64,000 bases of DNA, taken from Deltaproteobacteria bacterium. GTDB taxonomy: Bacteria > Desulfobacterota_D > UBA1144 > Nemesobacterales > UBA2774. A program made the position numbers and the translations under genes. The stretch's first letter is position 1. Each line of letters begins with the position of its first letter. The notes beneath the pieces were generated by a model. It made no database searches. It had not been told where the DNA came from and worked only from the letters and a program-made list of their open reading frames with translations. Positions 18,291 through 29,163 of the stretch are shown piece by piece. The stretch is from positions 41-64,040 of the forward strand of contig JAVKFU010000012.1 of the NCBI GenBank assembly GCA_040223695.1, read 5' to 3'.

Positions 18291-19770
18291 GATTTTCCCT
18301 TCCCTCGGTGAGTTTAAAAAGAAGTTAAAAAAGGGGAATCTTATCCCTGTCTGGAAAGAGGTTTTAGCGGATTTCGATACCCCTGTATCGGCCTTCAGGA
18401 AGATCGAGACAGGGGATTACGCCTTTCTTCTCGAAAGTGTGGAGGGAGGAGAGAAATGGGGAAGATACAGCTTCCTCGGAACCGAGCCGTCCATCATATT
18501 CAGGTCGAAGGGTACCGATATTGAAATAATCGAGGACGGGAAATTAACGAATAGGAAGGGAGACCCGTTTGATTGCATGAGAGAGCTTCTCTCGAGGTAT
18601 AAGCCCGTTACGACCGATGAGCTGCCGAGATTTCACGGAGGCGCCGTAGGATATTTCGGCTACGATATAGTAAGGTTCGTAGAAGACCTGCCCGACGAAA
18701 ATGAAGATGAGCTCAAGCTCTGGGATTCTCTTTTTATGATTACCGACTCGGTGCTCGTATTCGATAACGTCAACCACAAAATCAAGATTATTTACAACGC
18801 TTATGTCTCACACCCCGAAAGGGCCGAGGAAGCCTACGGCTACGCGGTAGAAAAGATAGAGAACATTATTACGAAACTGCGAACGGCGGTTTCCCCCTAC
18901 CGGAAAGAGAACGAAAATTCAAAGAAAATTAACACGACGGAGCTTGAATCCAATTTCACACCAGAGGACTTCAGAGAGGCGGTTAAGAAGACCAAGGAAT
19001 ATATCAAAGCGGGGGACATAATCCAGGCCGTTATTTCGCAGCGCTGGAAGACCGGGCTCGATGTCGATCAGTTCGACCTCTACAGAGCGCTCAGGGTGCT
19101 GAACCCCTCTCCTTATATGTTCTACCTGAAAACGGACACTGAAACGCTCGTAGGCTCCTCACCCGAGGTCATGGTACGGGTGGAGGACGACGAGGTCGTA
19201 AGCCGCCCGATTGCCGGAACCAGGCCGAGGGGCGGAACGGAGACCGAAGACAGGAAACTTGAGAAAGAGCTTCTTGCAGACCCTAAAGAACGGGCGGAGC
19301 ACATCATGCTCGTCGATCTTGCGAGAAACGATCTGGGGAGAATATCGATAACGGGAAGTGTCGAAGTGGATGAGCTCATGACGATTGAGAGATATTCCCA
19401 CGTTATACATATCGTCTCCAACGTCGTGTCCAGGCTCCGTCCGGACAAGGACGCCTTCGATGTGATTAAAGCTACTTTTCCCGCAGGTACTCTATCAGGC
19501 GCTCCCAAGGTAAGGGCAATGGAGATAATAGAGGAACTCGAGCCGAGCAGACGGGGGGCTTACGGAGGGGCCGTCGGTTATTTCAGTTTTTCAGGCAACA
19601 TGGACACTTGTATAACAATAAGAACCTTCGTAATAAAGGATGGTGTAATCTTTATACAGGCGGGCGCGGGCATAGTAGCGGACTCGGACCCGGAAAGGGA
19701 ATATCAGGAAACCGTCAACAAGGTGAAAGCCCTCGTAAAGGCGGTCGAAGCGGCAAAGACGGGCTTGTGA
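18291..19770 (+). CDS. trpE: Anthranilate synthase component I
   Basis: Contains the LLESVEGGEKWGRYSF Trp-feedback motif that distinguishes TrpE from PabB, plus chorismate-binding C-terminal motifs (GAVGYFGYD, PKVRAMEII, GGAVGY). The ORF could start upstream at 18253. Confidence 0.85.
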
Positions 19771-19797
19771 TACCGGAAGGATTTTCGGAGATAAAAG

Positions 19798-20385
19798 ATG
19801 ATATTAATGATAGACAATTACGATTCATTTACCTACAACCTCGTTCACTACCTGGCCGAGCTGGGCGAAGAAGTGACGGTGAACCGTAACGACAAAATAA
19901 GCCTTGAGGAAGTGGGCGAGCTTAATCCCGATATGATAGTCATCTCTCCCGGACCGTGCACGCCTAAAGAGGCCGGTATTTCGGTTGATGTGATAAGGGA
20001 ATTCGCGGGTCGCCTGCCCATTCTCGGAGTCTGCCTCGGTCATCAGTCTATCGCCTATGCTTACGGGGCGGAAATTATACGCGCCGGGAGACTCCTTCAC
20101 GGGAAAACCTCTCAAATACACCATGACGGCAAGGGGATATTCAGAGATATACCCGATCCGTTTGAAGCCACAAGATACCACTCCCTTCTGGTCGGTAAAG
20201 ACACCATACCAGAGACATTTGAAATTTCCGCATGGACCGAGGAGGGAGAAATTATGGGACTAAGGCACAAGGAGCACCTGCTCGAAGGGGTGCAGTTCCA
20301 TCCCGAATCCATACTCACGAAGCACGGAAAAGATATACTCCGCAATTTTATTTCGATTGCCGGAGAGAAGAAGCAACAAGGGTAA
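19798..20385 (+). CDS. trpG: Anthranilate synthase component II (glutamine amidotransferase)
   Basis: [23 protein letters not shown] catalytic Cys, HPES motif. Confidence 0.9.
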   Translation: MILMIDNYDSFTYNLVHYLAELGEEVTVNRNDKISLEEVGELNPDMIVISPGPCTPKEAGISVDVIREFAGRLPILGVCLGHQSIAYAYGAEIIRAGRLLHGKTSQIHHDGKGIFRDIPDPFEATRYHSLLVGKDTIPETFEISAWTEEGEIMGLRHKEHLLEGVQFHPESILTKHGKDILRNFISIAGEKKQQG

Positions 20386-20469
20386 ATTATTAATCCAGAC
20401 GGATAGGTTATGACGCAATAATCAAGCCTCAACACCGAAGTCCGGGTTGACAAATAATCTTGGCACCCT

Positions 20470-20499
20470 ATATTCCTAAATTCATTCGAGTTAAAGCAA
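20470..20499 (+). promoter_or_regulatory. Sigma-70-like promoter (GGTTGACAAAT ... TATATT)
   Basis: TTGACA-16-TATATT upstream of ligase copy 1. The GGTTGACAAAT -35 context is duplicated upstream of copy 2, around 23380. Confidence 0.4.
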
Positions 20500-20512
20500 G
20501 GGGTGGGAATTT

Positions 20513-22237
20513 ATGCTTTTATTATTCAAGCCGCGTGATAAAAAATATATCGGGGAGGGGACCCTCCCGTTCGGCACTTTCGACGACACTGGCAAATGGA
20601 AGCCTATAACCAGGTACCTTGAAAAAGGCGCCGAAATGTTCCCGGACAAAACTATGTTCAGGGTAGCCGACAGGGACGGAAATCTGGTTGAAGACTATAC
20701 CTATAAAGAGACAAACAACCGGGCCAATCAGGTTGCCAACGGACTGATAAATGATTACCAAATTATCAAAGGCGATAGAGTAGGCATATACATGCTTAAT
20801 TCCTCCGAGTATATCGTATCTATTATCGCAATACACAAGGCGGGCGCTGTGCAGGTACCCATAAATAAGGACGAAAAAGGGGAAAGGCTCGGATACATAA
20901 TCAATTACTCCGAGATGAAATCGTTAGTGGTCGATAAGGAGAGCCTCCCGATAGTCGAGCAGATCGCAGGCGATCTGAACCACCTGAAGAACATATTCGT
21001 AACAGGAGACGGTAAGGACCTTCCGGAAGAGACTGCCGGCATTGAGGTATTGCCTTTCAACACATTTAGTCAATTTTCCGACGAGAATCCGGGTGTGGAC
21101 ATAAAAACATCCGACGTCGAGCGGTGTATGTTCACCTCTGGCACTACCGGCATGCCCAAAGGCGTTTCCAGAAACCACGGCGGGGTCGTACTCACAGTAC
21201 GGGGATACCTCCAGCAACAAGGGGTAAGGAGTGAAGACGTATTGATGAGTGTTTTAACCCTGGGCCATGCCAACGCTCAGGTGATGTGTCTCTTCACCGC
21301 GATAGGCGCCGGAGCTACTGCGGTTTTCTATCCCCGTTTTTCGGCATCGAATTTCTGGAAGTGGGCGGCCGAGTGCGGGGCCACATGCATTAATATGCTC
21401 GGAGCGGTTGCCGAGTACCTATGGGCTGCGGAGCCCACGGAGTGGGACAAGAAGCATAAAATAAGGATGGTGCTGTCAGGGCCCGCGCCGCGAAACTTAA
21501 ATGAGTTCCAGGAGCGTTTCAACACACGCACCATAGACGGATACGGCTCGACCGAAATGGGAATGGTGCTCTGGAAAGACCCCGAAGACACGCGTCCCGG
21601 CTCGTCCGGCTATCCTATGGAAGGGTATTACGTGGAGCTGAGAGACCCGGAAGACACGAGCAAAGTCTTGCGTCCGTTCTGGGACCCGGAGGAACATCCG
21701 AAGCCGCCCGATGAAACCAAAGGTCTTCTATTTATAAAACCCTTTATACCGCATACCACGTTAAACGAGTACTTCAAGGATGAAAGGCGCACCAGGGAAG
21801 CCTTTGATGACGACGGTTTTTTCAATTCGGATGACCTGTTCGCCAGGGGAATTGACGGCAGGTATTACTTTCAGGGCAGATTCAGCAGAATACGCGTCTC
21901 GGGCGAAAACGTTGACCCTATCGCAGTACAGGATGTCGCAAACCAGTACGAGCCGATACAGGAGGCGATTGCTGTCGGTATCAGACTGCCCGACGTATCG
22001 GACGACGAAATCAAGCTCAATGTAACGCTTAAAAAGGGAGCGGAATTCGATCCTGTGGAATTCTCCAAATGGATGGCCGAAAGAGCCCCTGTTTTCATGG
22101 TTCCTAGATTCATCGAGGTCTACGAGGACGGATTCCCGGTAACTGCGACGCAAAAAATCAGGGTCGCCGAAATTAAAGAAATAACGGAAAAAACCTGGGA
22201 CAGGAATAAAACCGGCCTCAAATTCCGCGCGCGATGA
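20513..22237 (+). CDS. AMP-dependent synthetase/ligase (acyl/aryl-CoA ligase, CaiC-like), paralog 1
   Basis: Adenylate-forming motifs TSGTTGMPKGV (A3), DGYGSTE (A7), GRFSRIRVSGENVDP (A8) and C-terminal QKIRVAEI (A10 Lys). Confidence 0.85.
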   Translation: MLLLFKPRDKKYIGEGTLPFGTFDDTGKWKPITRYLEKGAEMFPDKTMFRVADRDGNLVEDYTYKETNNRANQVANGLINDYQIIKGDRVGIYMLNSSEYIVSIIAIHKAGAVQVPINKDEKGERLGYIINYSEMKSLVVDKESLPIVEQIAGDLNHLKNIFVTGDGKDLPEETAGIEVLPFNTFSQFSDENPGVDIKTSDVERCMFTSGTTGMPKGVSRNHGGVVLTVRGYLQQQGVRSEDVLMSVLTLGHANAQVMCLFTAIGAGATAVFYPRFSASNFWKWAAECGATCINMLGAVAEYLWAAEPTEWDKKHKIRMVLSGPAPRNLNEFQERFNTRTIDGYGSTEMGMVLWKDPEDTRPGSSGYPMEGYYVELRDPEDTSKVLRPFWDPEEHPKPPDETKGLLFIKPFIPHTTLNEYFKDERRTREAFDDDGFFNSDDLFARGIDGRYYFQGRFSRIRVSGENVDPIAVQDVANQYEPIQEAIAVGIRLPDVSDDEIKLNVTLKKGAEFDPVEFSKWMAERAPVFMVPRFIEVYEDGFPVTATQKIRVAEIKEITEKTWDRNKTGLKFRAR

Positions 22238-22245
22238 ACTGTGAG

Positions 22246-23190
22246 CTATCTGAACAGCATAAAAATAAAGGCCGAGTAAAATATCAGAAGCAACGCCCCC
22301 TCGATCCTGCTTACTCTATGCCCTGTTCTCATAATAGGGAAGACCAGTATCGTCATAAATATCATTACCGGGAACTCGAATTTTAAGAGCCCGGGACTTA
22401 CGCTTATCGGATGTATAACCGACACAAGTCCAAGTATTCCCATGTTGAATATATTGCTGCCTATGATATTGCCGACCACGATATCATGCTCCTTCTTCAG
22501 AGCGGCAACGATGGATGTAGAAAGTTCGGGGAGGGATGTCCCTATTGCGACAGCGGTTATGCTGATCATTAGTTCGCTCACCCCGAATACCCTCGCCATT
22601 GAAATTGCGGAGTCTACAACAAAACGGGCGCCTATGACGAGCCCCGCCAATCCGATAATCAAAAAAAGCACCTGTTTCCCTATGCCGTTTTTTGCCCCCA
22701 GAAACTCTTCATACTCACGCTCTACCTTGTATGGTTCCCTAGTGGCATCGTAATAACTATAAACGCCGAAGCCTATCAATGTGATAAAAAGGGCCGCTCC
22801 TCCGATTCGTCCGATTCCGAGACTCCACGCCATCCCGTAAAACACGAGAGAAATGACGATCATCACCGGAACCTCGACCTTTACCAGCTTAATCTGAATT
22901 AATAAAGGGCTTATTAATGCCGCTAACCCCAGGATAAGACCTATATTCGAAATGTTGCTTCCCACTATATTGCCCAGCACTATATCGCTCGACCCCTTTA
23001 AGGCGGCTATCAGACACACAACGAACTCGGGAGCGGAGGTGCCGAACGCGACAATAGTAAGCCCTATGACGACAGGATTAATCCCGAGGATGCGCGCCAG
23101 ACGAGACGCTCCCCTCACCAAACCCTCGCCCCCCAGAAAAAGGGCCACCAGTCCCACTATGAATAAAGTGACGTCGGTTGTTATATTCAA
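22246..23190 (-). CDS. Ca2+/Na+ antiporter (CaCA family, YrbG-like)
   Basis: 314 aa with 10 predicted TMs and two alpha-repeat motifs (GNIVGSNISNIGLILG and GNIIGSNIFNMGILGL). Confidence 0.85.
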   Translation of the reverse strand: MNITTDVTLFIVGLVALFLGGEGLVRGASRLARILGINPVVIGLTIVAFGTSAPEFVVCLIAALKGSSDIVLGNIVGSNISNIGLILGLAALISPLLIQIKLVKVEVPVMIVISLVFYGMAWSLGIGRIGGAALFITLIGFGVYSYYDATREPYKVEREYEEFLGAKNGIGKQVLFLIIGLAGLVIGARFVVDSAISMARVFGVSELMISITAVAIGTSLPELSTSIVAALKKEHDIVVGNIIGSNIFNMGILGLVSVIHPISVSPGLLKFEFPVMIFMTILVFPIMRTGHRVSRIEGALLLIFYSAFIFMLFR

Positions 23191-23464
23191 TATGAATCCT
23201 TGAGATGTTTCAGGATAAGAAAGCAGCTTAGAATGATAACCTAATACCCGCGCTACTCAAATACATTCTTATATTTTCAGAGATTTAGACCAGTACCGAT
23301 TTTTAAACAGATTATCCTAAAATACAGATAAAATCCTTTATTATCTTTGATCCCTACTACTCCCCATAGGATTATGAGGTTGACAAATTTATTCTACAAT
23401 TTTATTGTAATAAATTGAATCTTTTATACTGCTAAAAACCTATTAAAACTCTAAGGAGGCTTTT

Positions 23465-25192
23465 ATGCGTTTATTATTTAAACCTCGCGACGCAAAATAC
23501 CTGGGTGATGGAAATCTTCCGTTCGGGACATTTGAGGACACAACAGAATGGCAGCCTATTACAAAGTGCCTTGAGATGGGGGCGGAACAATTCCCCGACA
23601 AAACCATGTTCAGAGTGGGAAATGGTGATGGGGAAATAGTTGAAAGCTATTCGTACAAGGAAACCAACGAATGGGCAAACAGGGTAGCAAACGGATTAAA
23701 AGACGAATTCGGCATCAAGAAGGGCGATAAAGTAGGTATGTACATGCTGAATTGCTCGGAATACGTTGCCTCGATCATTGCCATCCACAAAATAGGAGCC
23801 GTGCAGGTCCCTATCAATAAGGACGAAAAAGGTGAAAGGCTGGCATACGTGATCAACTATTCTGAAACGGTCGCGCTCGTTGTGGACCCGGGCAGTGTGC
23901 CTTTTCTTGAGGAGATCGCCAAGGATTTAAAAGAGCTTAAGGTGATATTCATGACAGGTGATCCCGGAAGCGTCCCGGCTGATATCGGGGGTATAAAAAC
24001 TCTCCCATTCTCAACCTTCGATAACTTTTCAAATGCGAATCCCGGAGTCGACGTGTCAACCGACGATATGGAGAGATGCATGTTTACGTCCGGTACCACC
24101 GGAATGCCCAAGGGTGTGGCGAGAGACCACGGAGGAGTCGTTATGACCGTGCGTTCATATCTCCAGCAGCAAGGGGTAAGAAGCGAGGACGTATTGATGA
24201 GTATACTTTCCCTGGGGCATGCGAACGCTCAGGTTATGTGTCTATTCAGCGCAATGGGAGCGGGTGCGACGGCGGTGTTTTTCCCCAGATTCTCGGCGTC
24301 GAGCTTCTGGAAATGGGCCGCCGGGTGCGACGCGACCTGTGTTAACATGCTGGGAGCCGTAGCCGAGTATCTCTGGGCGGCGGAACCCGGTGATTGGGAC
24401 AAAAAGCACAAGATCAGAATAATGCTGGGCTCGCCTGCGCCGAGAAACCTGCAGGAGTTTCAGGAGAGATTCGGAGTGAGGGTTATAGACGGGTACGGCT
24501 CGACCGAGATGGGAATGGTGCTCTGGAAAGACCCGGAGGATCACCGTCCGGGATCGTCCGGTTTCCCGATGGAGGGTTACTATGTGGAATTGAGGGACCC
24601 TCAGGACCAGAGCAAGGTGCTGAGGCCGTTCTGGGATCCGTATGAAGACCCCACACCGCCTGAAGAGGCAAAAGGTCTGGTATATATCAAACCTCTTGTA
24701 CCGCATACGACTCTTAACGAATACTTCAAGGACGAGAGGAGAACGAGAGAGGCCTTTGACGACGACGGATTCTTCAATTCCGACGACCTTTTCGCGCGCG
24801 GAATAGACGGCAGATATTACTTTGTCGGAAGGTTCAGCAGAATAAGGGTGTCCGGGGAAAACGTTGACCCCATAGCTGTACAGGACGTGGCGATGCAATA
24901 TGAAGCCATACAGGAAGCTGTGGCTGTCGGTATAAGGCTCCCCAATGTCTCGGATGACGAAATAAAACTGAACGTTACCTTGAAACAGGGAGCAGAATTC
25001 GATCCTGTGGAGTTCAGTAAGTGGATGGCCGAAAAGGTCATGGTAGCTATGGTTCCTAGGTTCATTGAGGTCTACGAAGACGGATTCCCTGTAACCGCCA
25101 CACAGAAAATCAAGGTTGCGGAGATAAAAGAGATTACCGATAAGACATGGGATAGAAACAAAGCCGGGATCAAGTTCAGCGCTAGGAAGTAA
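23465..25192 (+). CDS. AMP-dependent synthetase/ligase, paralog 2 (about 78% aa identity to 20513..22237)
   Basis: Same motifs and length as paralog 1 (575 aa). Alignable end to end. Confidence 0.85.
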   Translation: MRLLFKPRDAKYLGDGNLPFGTFEDTTEWQPITKCLEMGAEQFPDKTMFRVGNGDGEIVESYSYKETNEWANRVANGLKDEFGIKKGDKVGMYMLNCSEYVASIIAIHKIGAVQVPINKDEKGERLAYVINYSETVALVVDPGSVPFLEEIAKDLKELKVIFMTGDPGSVPADIGGIKTLPFSTFDNFSNANPGVDVSTDDMERCMFTSGTTGMPKGVARDHGGVVMTVRSYLQQQGVRSEDVLMSILSLGHANAQVMCLFSAMGAGATAVFFPRFSASSFWKWAAGCDATCVNMLGAVAEYLWAAEPGDWDKKHKIRIMLGSPAPRNLQEFQERFGVRVIDGYGSTEMGMVLWKDPEDHRPGSSGFPMEGYYVELRDPQDQSKVLRPFWDPYEDPTPPEEAKGLVYIKPLVPHTTLNEYFKDERRTREAFDDDGFFNSDDLFARGIDGRYYFVGRFSRIRVSGENVDPIAVQDVAMQYEAIQEAVAVGIRLPNVSDDEIKLNVTLKQGAEFDPVEFSKWMAEKVMVAMVPRFIEVYEDGFPVTATQKIKVAEIKEITDKTWDRNKAGIKFSARK

Positions 25193-25223
25193 CAGTTTTT
25201 AATCTCCGGACCGGCATCTTTAT

Positions 25224-25685
25224 TTGATGACACACGCCGATGACGAAAAATACATGCGCCTGGCTATCGAACAAGCCGAGATAGCCGGGCGTATCGGTGA
25301 AGTTCCTATCGGCGCCGTCATAGTAGACAAGTCTCAAAGAGTAGTCTCCCGAGCGCATAATTTGCGGGAGAGCACCAACGATCCCACCGCGCATGCTGAA
25401 ATAATCGCGATAAAGAAGGCTGGAGAAAAGCTCGGCAGCTGGCGGCTCGACGGAACCACAATCTACGTGACAGTCGAGCCCTGCGTAATGTGCATAGGGG
25501 CTATAGTGCTCGCCAGGACAAGCCGCCTTGTATTCGGAACGAGGGACCCGAAGGCGGGCGCGGTTGTCTCCGTGTACAAAATAGGCAGCGACGGTAAATT
25601 AAATCATAAGATTGAATATACCGAAGGCGTCTCTATGAGCGACTGCTCAAACCTTCTTAAGGATTTTTTTAAATCTCTCAGGTAA
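25224..25685 (+). CDS. tadA: tRNA-specific adenosine deaminase
   Basis: HAEIIAI and PCVMC zinc-binding motifs. Confidence 0.9.
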   Translation: MMTHADDEKYMRLAIEQAEIAGRIGEVPIGAVIVDKSQRVVSRAHNLRESTNDPTAHAEIIAIKKAGEKLGSWRLDGTTIYVTVEPCVMCIGAIVLARTSRLVFGTRDPKAGAVVSVYKIGSDGKLNHKIEYTEGVSMSDCSNLLKDFFKSLR

Positions 25686-25699
25686 TAAATTCCCGGTGT

Positions 25700-26017
25700 T
25701 TATTTCTTTCCAGCGAATAAACCTATGATATCCCCGATTACGCTTTTATCCTCTTCTCCGGCCAATTTTTCAAGCTCCCCGTTATCGAGCCACACACCGC
25801 TGCACACGCTGCACCGGTCGATGCTTATACCCCTGAAGACAACCTCATTTAGATCCCCGCCGCATTTGGGGCATTTCATATAGCATATCCCTTTAATCCT
25901 CTCCCTTTCCTCAAGAGCGGCCTCTTGGCTTACCTTTTCTTTCAGTCTTTTGGCTTTTTCCGCCTCTTCCCTGACGAAATATTCGTCTTCTGTTTTAGTA
26001 GGCTTATCCTTGCTCAT
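25700..26017 (-). CDS. Zinc-ribbon domain protein (TFIIB-type zinc ribbon)
   Basis: CPKCGG...CSVCSGVWLD motif: four Cys in a zinc ribbon, with a charged N-terminus. Confidence 0.6.
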   Translation of the reverse strand: MSKDKPTKTEDEYFVREEAEKAKRLKEKVSQEAALEERERIKGICYMKCPKCGGDLNEVVFRGISIDRCSVCSGVWLDNGELEKLAGEEDKSVIGDIIGLFAGKK

Positions 26018-26091
26018 TTATGTCCTCCCGGTAAAGATTCTTTTCCTGTGACGACTCTAAAACCGCTAAATATCAATCTTGAATCCCGAAT

Positions 26092-26742
26092 TTACTGCCC
26101 TTTAGTTACGGGAGTTATAATAATTCTTTTTTGATCCTTATCCATTTTGGTCTCATAGCTTACGCCGCGTTCTCTTTTTAGCGCGATGTACGCTATTCTC
26201 CGTTCCGAAGCGGACATAGGCTCTAGCGATACGGGCTTTTTCATCTTTCGTACCTTCTTGGCCGTTTCCTTAACAAGCCTGGTGACCTTATCGTCTCTCC
26301 TTCTTTTATAACCGTCCACATCTATCGACACCCTTTTTTCCCTACCGTCACTGCACGACCGAGCCGCAATCTTGCCGACAACGTATTCGAGCGCTTTTAT
26401 CATGTCGCCCCTTTTCCCTATGAGGAGACCCTTATCATTCGTATCCCTGATATCGAGTTTGATCTTATCAGGATTTTCTCTGATGCTGACTGAATAAGTC
26501 GGCACTAAATATTCCAGAATATCTTCGAGCGCTTTTTTCGACCTGAGCCCTTTTTCGCTCAGGTTTTCATTCTTTACAGTAACCCTGACTTTTGCCTTTC
26601 TACCCCCTATTCCCAAAACACCTTTGGAACCCTCCTCCAGAACCTCGACATCAATTTCACTTCTGGCTACCCCTAATTCCTCACACGCGCTTATGGTGGC
26701 TTCGGAAACCGTTTTCCCTTCTTTTTCTATTGCTAATCCCAT
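26092..26742 (-). CDS. khpB: RNA-binding protein Jag/KhpB (Jag_N, KH and R3H domains)
   Basis: Jag N-terminus MGLAIEKEGKTVSEATISACEELGV, a KH/R3H C-terminus, and a position downstream of yidC. Confidence 0.85.
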   Translation of the reverse strand: MGLAIEKEGKTVSEATISACEELGVARSEIDVEVLEEGSKGVLGIGGRKAKVRVTVKNENLSEKGLRSKKALEDILEYLVPTYSVSIRENPDKIKLDIRDTNDKGLLIGKRGDMIKALEYVVGKIAARSCSDGREKRVSIDVDGYKRRRDDKVTRLVKETAKKVRKMKKPVSLEPMSASERRIAYIALKRERGVSYETKMDKDQKRIIITPVTKGQ

Positions 26743-26744
26743 GA

Positions 26745-28430
26745 TTATCCTCCTTTTGGAGCAATAACACGACGGTTTACATAGATTTGCTGACCAATCG
26801 AAAGTATATTACTCACAGTCCAGTAGAGTATTAAACCCGATGGCAATCCCCAAAACATCACAGTAAAGATTATAGGCATAAATTGCATCAGTTTCATCTG
26901 CAGCTGCATATTTTCACCGCCGGCGGCAGGCGTCATAGGGGTCATCTTCTGAGAAATAAACCACGAAACGCCCATAAGTAGCGGCAGTATTCTAAATGGA
27001 ATGCCGATGCCCGGAATATCAAACAGCGTCTCAGGCTCCGATAGGTCGTTTATCCATAAAAAAGAGCTGTGCCTGAGTTCTATCGAATGCAACAGTACAT
27101 CGTAAAGGGCAACGAAAACGGGAAGCTGCAACAGAAGCGGAAAGCAGCCGCCCAGACTGCTTAAGGGGTTTATACCGTGACTGCTGTACAGTTTCATAAG
27201 CTCTGAATTCTGCTTTGCCTTATCGTCTTTGTATTTCTCTTTCAGCGCTTCCATCTTGGGCTTTACTTTTTCCATCTTTACCTGCATCTGTTTCATGGAA
27301 ACCATGCTTCTGATTGTAAGAGGAAGGAAAACCAGCCTGATGAGAACCGTTATCACGATGATGGATATGCCGTAATTATGAAAAAATTCGTTTAGCCATT
27401 TCAGAAATTCCAGAAGCGGCCTTGCCAAAAACCCGACCCACCCGTAATTGATTGCCTCCTCCAGATTGTAGCCGGCCACATTGACATCTTCGGATTCGAG
27501 AGGGCCTAGATAAACCTCCCAGTTCTTTATAGAGGTTTTCCCCGCGGGTATGGTATCTGCGGGATAACTATATAGAGCCCTGACGAGCCCCTCCTGATCG
27601 AGAGGGCTAAGGCTGATCGTTGTCTCCGCTCCTGTTTCCGGAAGAAAAGTGGACATGAAATATTTTTCAGAGTATCCGAACCATTCTATTACACCCCTGT
27701 AATTGCGAGTTTCATCAGGCTGCTTCTCCACTCTTTCCACATCACTTGAGACAAGGGTAATGAAGCTCTTTGTGTTTCCGCCCCTTCCATGCTGCTCGAC
27801 TTTGCCGTACCATCTGATATCGAGTTTTTCCTGAACGGGCGTGTCGCCCGGATTGGTGACTTCAAACCTCTGCTTTAAAACGTAGTTTGAAGAATCGATC
27901 TCGTAGAACTTCTTTACTGTTATTCCCCCGGGAGAACTCCATTCAAATACAAGCTCCTTGCTGCCGTCTTCTACACTAACATTTCTATCCCCACTGTACT
28001 TAAAGGGAATCAGCTCGGGAACCTCGTACCCCTGGAGTCTTAGTAATGTGCTGAAACCGGGAGGTGAATCAAAGAATAGATTGATCGGAGCCGAGCCGTT
28101 CGTGTTCTGTTTATATTTTTTAAGCTCCCATTTAAATATCCTTCCGCCCGCCGTATCCAGAACTCCGTGGTAAAGAGGGGTGTCTATACTTACTAGTTCA
28201 CCTTCGGGAGAAGAATGAATGGTGTTGTTATTCGAGGCCGGGCTTTCATTAAAATCATTTGTGAAGGCGGGAGAGGTTGTTGCCGGGGCCGGTGTGGACT
28301 GCTCCGCCGCCTGCCGCCCGTTTTGCTTTTGCTGCTGATTGGCAGGTTTTGAAAAAAAGTATGTATAACCGAAAATTATAGCAAACGATAGTACCAGGAA
28401 AATAATGTAATTTAACTTGTTGTTCGACAT
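26745..28430 (-). CDS. yidC: Membrane protein insertase YidC
   Basis: Large periplasmic domain and the conserved 60 kDa inner-membrane-protein core (YGISIIVITVLIRLVFLPLT, GCFPLLLQLPVFVALY). Confidence 0.95.
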   Translation of the reverse strand: MSNNKLNYIIFLVLSFAIIFGYTYFFSKPANQQQKQNGRQAAEQSTPAPATTSPAFTNDFNESPASNNNTIHSSPEGELVSIDTPLYHGVLDTAGGRIFKWELKKYKQNTNGSAPINLFFDSPPGFSTLLRLQGYEVPELIPFKYSGDRNVSVEDGSKELVFEWSSPGGITVKKFYEIDSSNYVLKQRFEVTNPGDTPVQEKLDIRWYGKVEQHGRGGNTKSFITLVSSDVERVEKQPDETRNYRGVIEWFGYSEKYFMSTFLPETGAETTISLSPLDQEGLVRALYSYPADTIPAGKTSIKNWEVYLGPLESEDVNVAGYNLEEAINYGWVGFLARPLLEFLKWLNEFFHNYGISIIVITVLIRLVFLPLTIRSMVSMKQMQVKMEKVKPKMEALKEKYKDDKAKQNSELMKLYSSHGINPLSSLGGCFPLLLQLPVFVALYDVLLHSIELRHSSFLWINDLSEPETLFDIPGIGIPFRILPLLMGVSWFISQKMTPMTPAAGGENMQLQMKLMQFMPIIFTVMFWGLPSGLILYWTVSNILSIGQQIYVNRRVIAPKGG

Positions 28431-28442
28431 CCCCTCGACCTT

Positions 28443-28667
28443 TTAACGCACCGGATCATATCCGCCGGAACTGAGCGGGTGGCACCTTGCGATTCTTTTC
28501 ACCGCGAGCCATAGACCCTTAACGAATCCGTATTTTTTTAAAGCGTCCAGCGCATACTCCGAACAGCTGGGATAGAATCTGCAAGAAGACGGCAAAATAG
28601 GGGAAATCAAATATTTATAGGCCTTTATTAATAAAGCAGCAAGGTATACTAAAGAACTTGATATCAT
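28443..28667 (-). CDS. yidD: Membrane protein insertion efficiency factor YidD
   Basis: [23 protein letters not shown] motif. Confidence 0.9.
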   Translation of the reverse strand: MISSSLVYLAALLIKAYKYLISPILPSSCRFYPSCSEYALDALKKYGFVKGLWLAVKRIARCHPLSSGGYDPVR

Positions 28668-29017
28668 GACAATTCAGACCTGATTATTTCTTCGATCTCT
28701 TTCTTTGCCAGACAGTAATCAAGCGTTTCGCTGCCCTTCTTCGCCACAAACAATACATCCAGGGAATCAAAAAGGGATTTGTTTTGTCTGAAAACCTCTC
28801 TAAGTACCCTCTTGACACGATTTCGCCCTACTGCACCAGGCACGTTCTTTTTGGCAACCACAAAACCGGCTCTGGAGTATCCCAAAGTGTTGGGCATGTA
28901 CATAATATTAAAATGCTCTGTATGGAGCTTCTTGCTCTTCCCAAATATCTTTTCGTATTCAGAGCTCTTTCGGATTTTTAATTCTTTTGGGAAAGAAGAA
29001 CTCACAACAAAGCTCAT
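28664..29017 (-). CDS. rnpA: Ribonuclease P protein component
   Basis: RNR/KR-rich RnpA motif [11 protein letters not shown]. Sits between rpmH and yidD. Confidence 0.9.
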   Translation of the reverse strand: MSFVVSSSFPKELKIRKSSEYEKIFGKSKKLHTEHFNIMYMPNTLGYSRAGFVVAKKNVPGAVGRNRVKRVLREVFRQNKSLFDSLDVLFVAKKGSETLDYCLAKKEIEEIIRSELS

Positions 29018-29163
29018 TTCTTCCAGCGCTGCACCGTGAGACTGTGCCTGCCTTTTGCTATTCGCCTCTTCAACGTCCGTCTTCCGCCCTTGGTGCTCAT
29101 TCTCTCGCGGAACCCGTGTACCCGTAATCTTTTTTTAACGTGAGGTTGAAATGTTCTTTTCAT
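29014..29163 (-). CDS. rpmH: 50S ribosomal protein L34
   Basis: The reverse complement translates [44 protein letters not shown], canonical L34. It is not in the supplied ORF track because it is under 60 aa. Its stop overlaps the rnpA start (ATGA). Confidence 0.9.
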   Translation of the reverse strand: MKRTFQPHVKKRLRVHGFRERMSTKGGRRTLKRRIAKGRHSLTVQRWKK

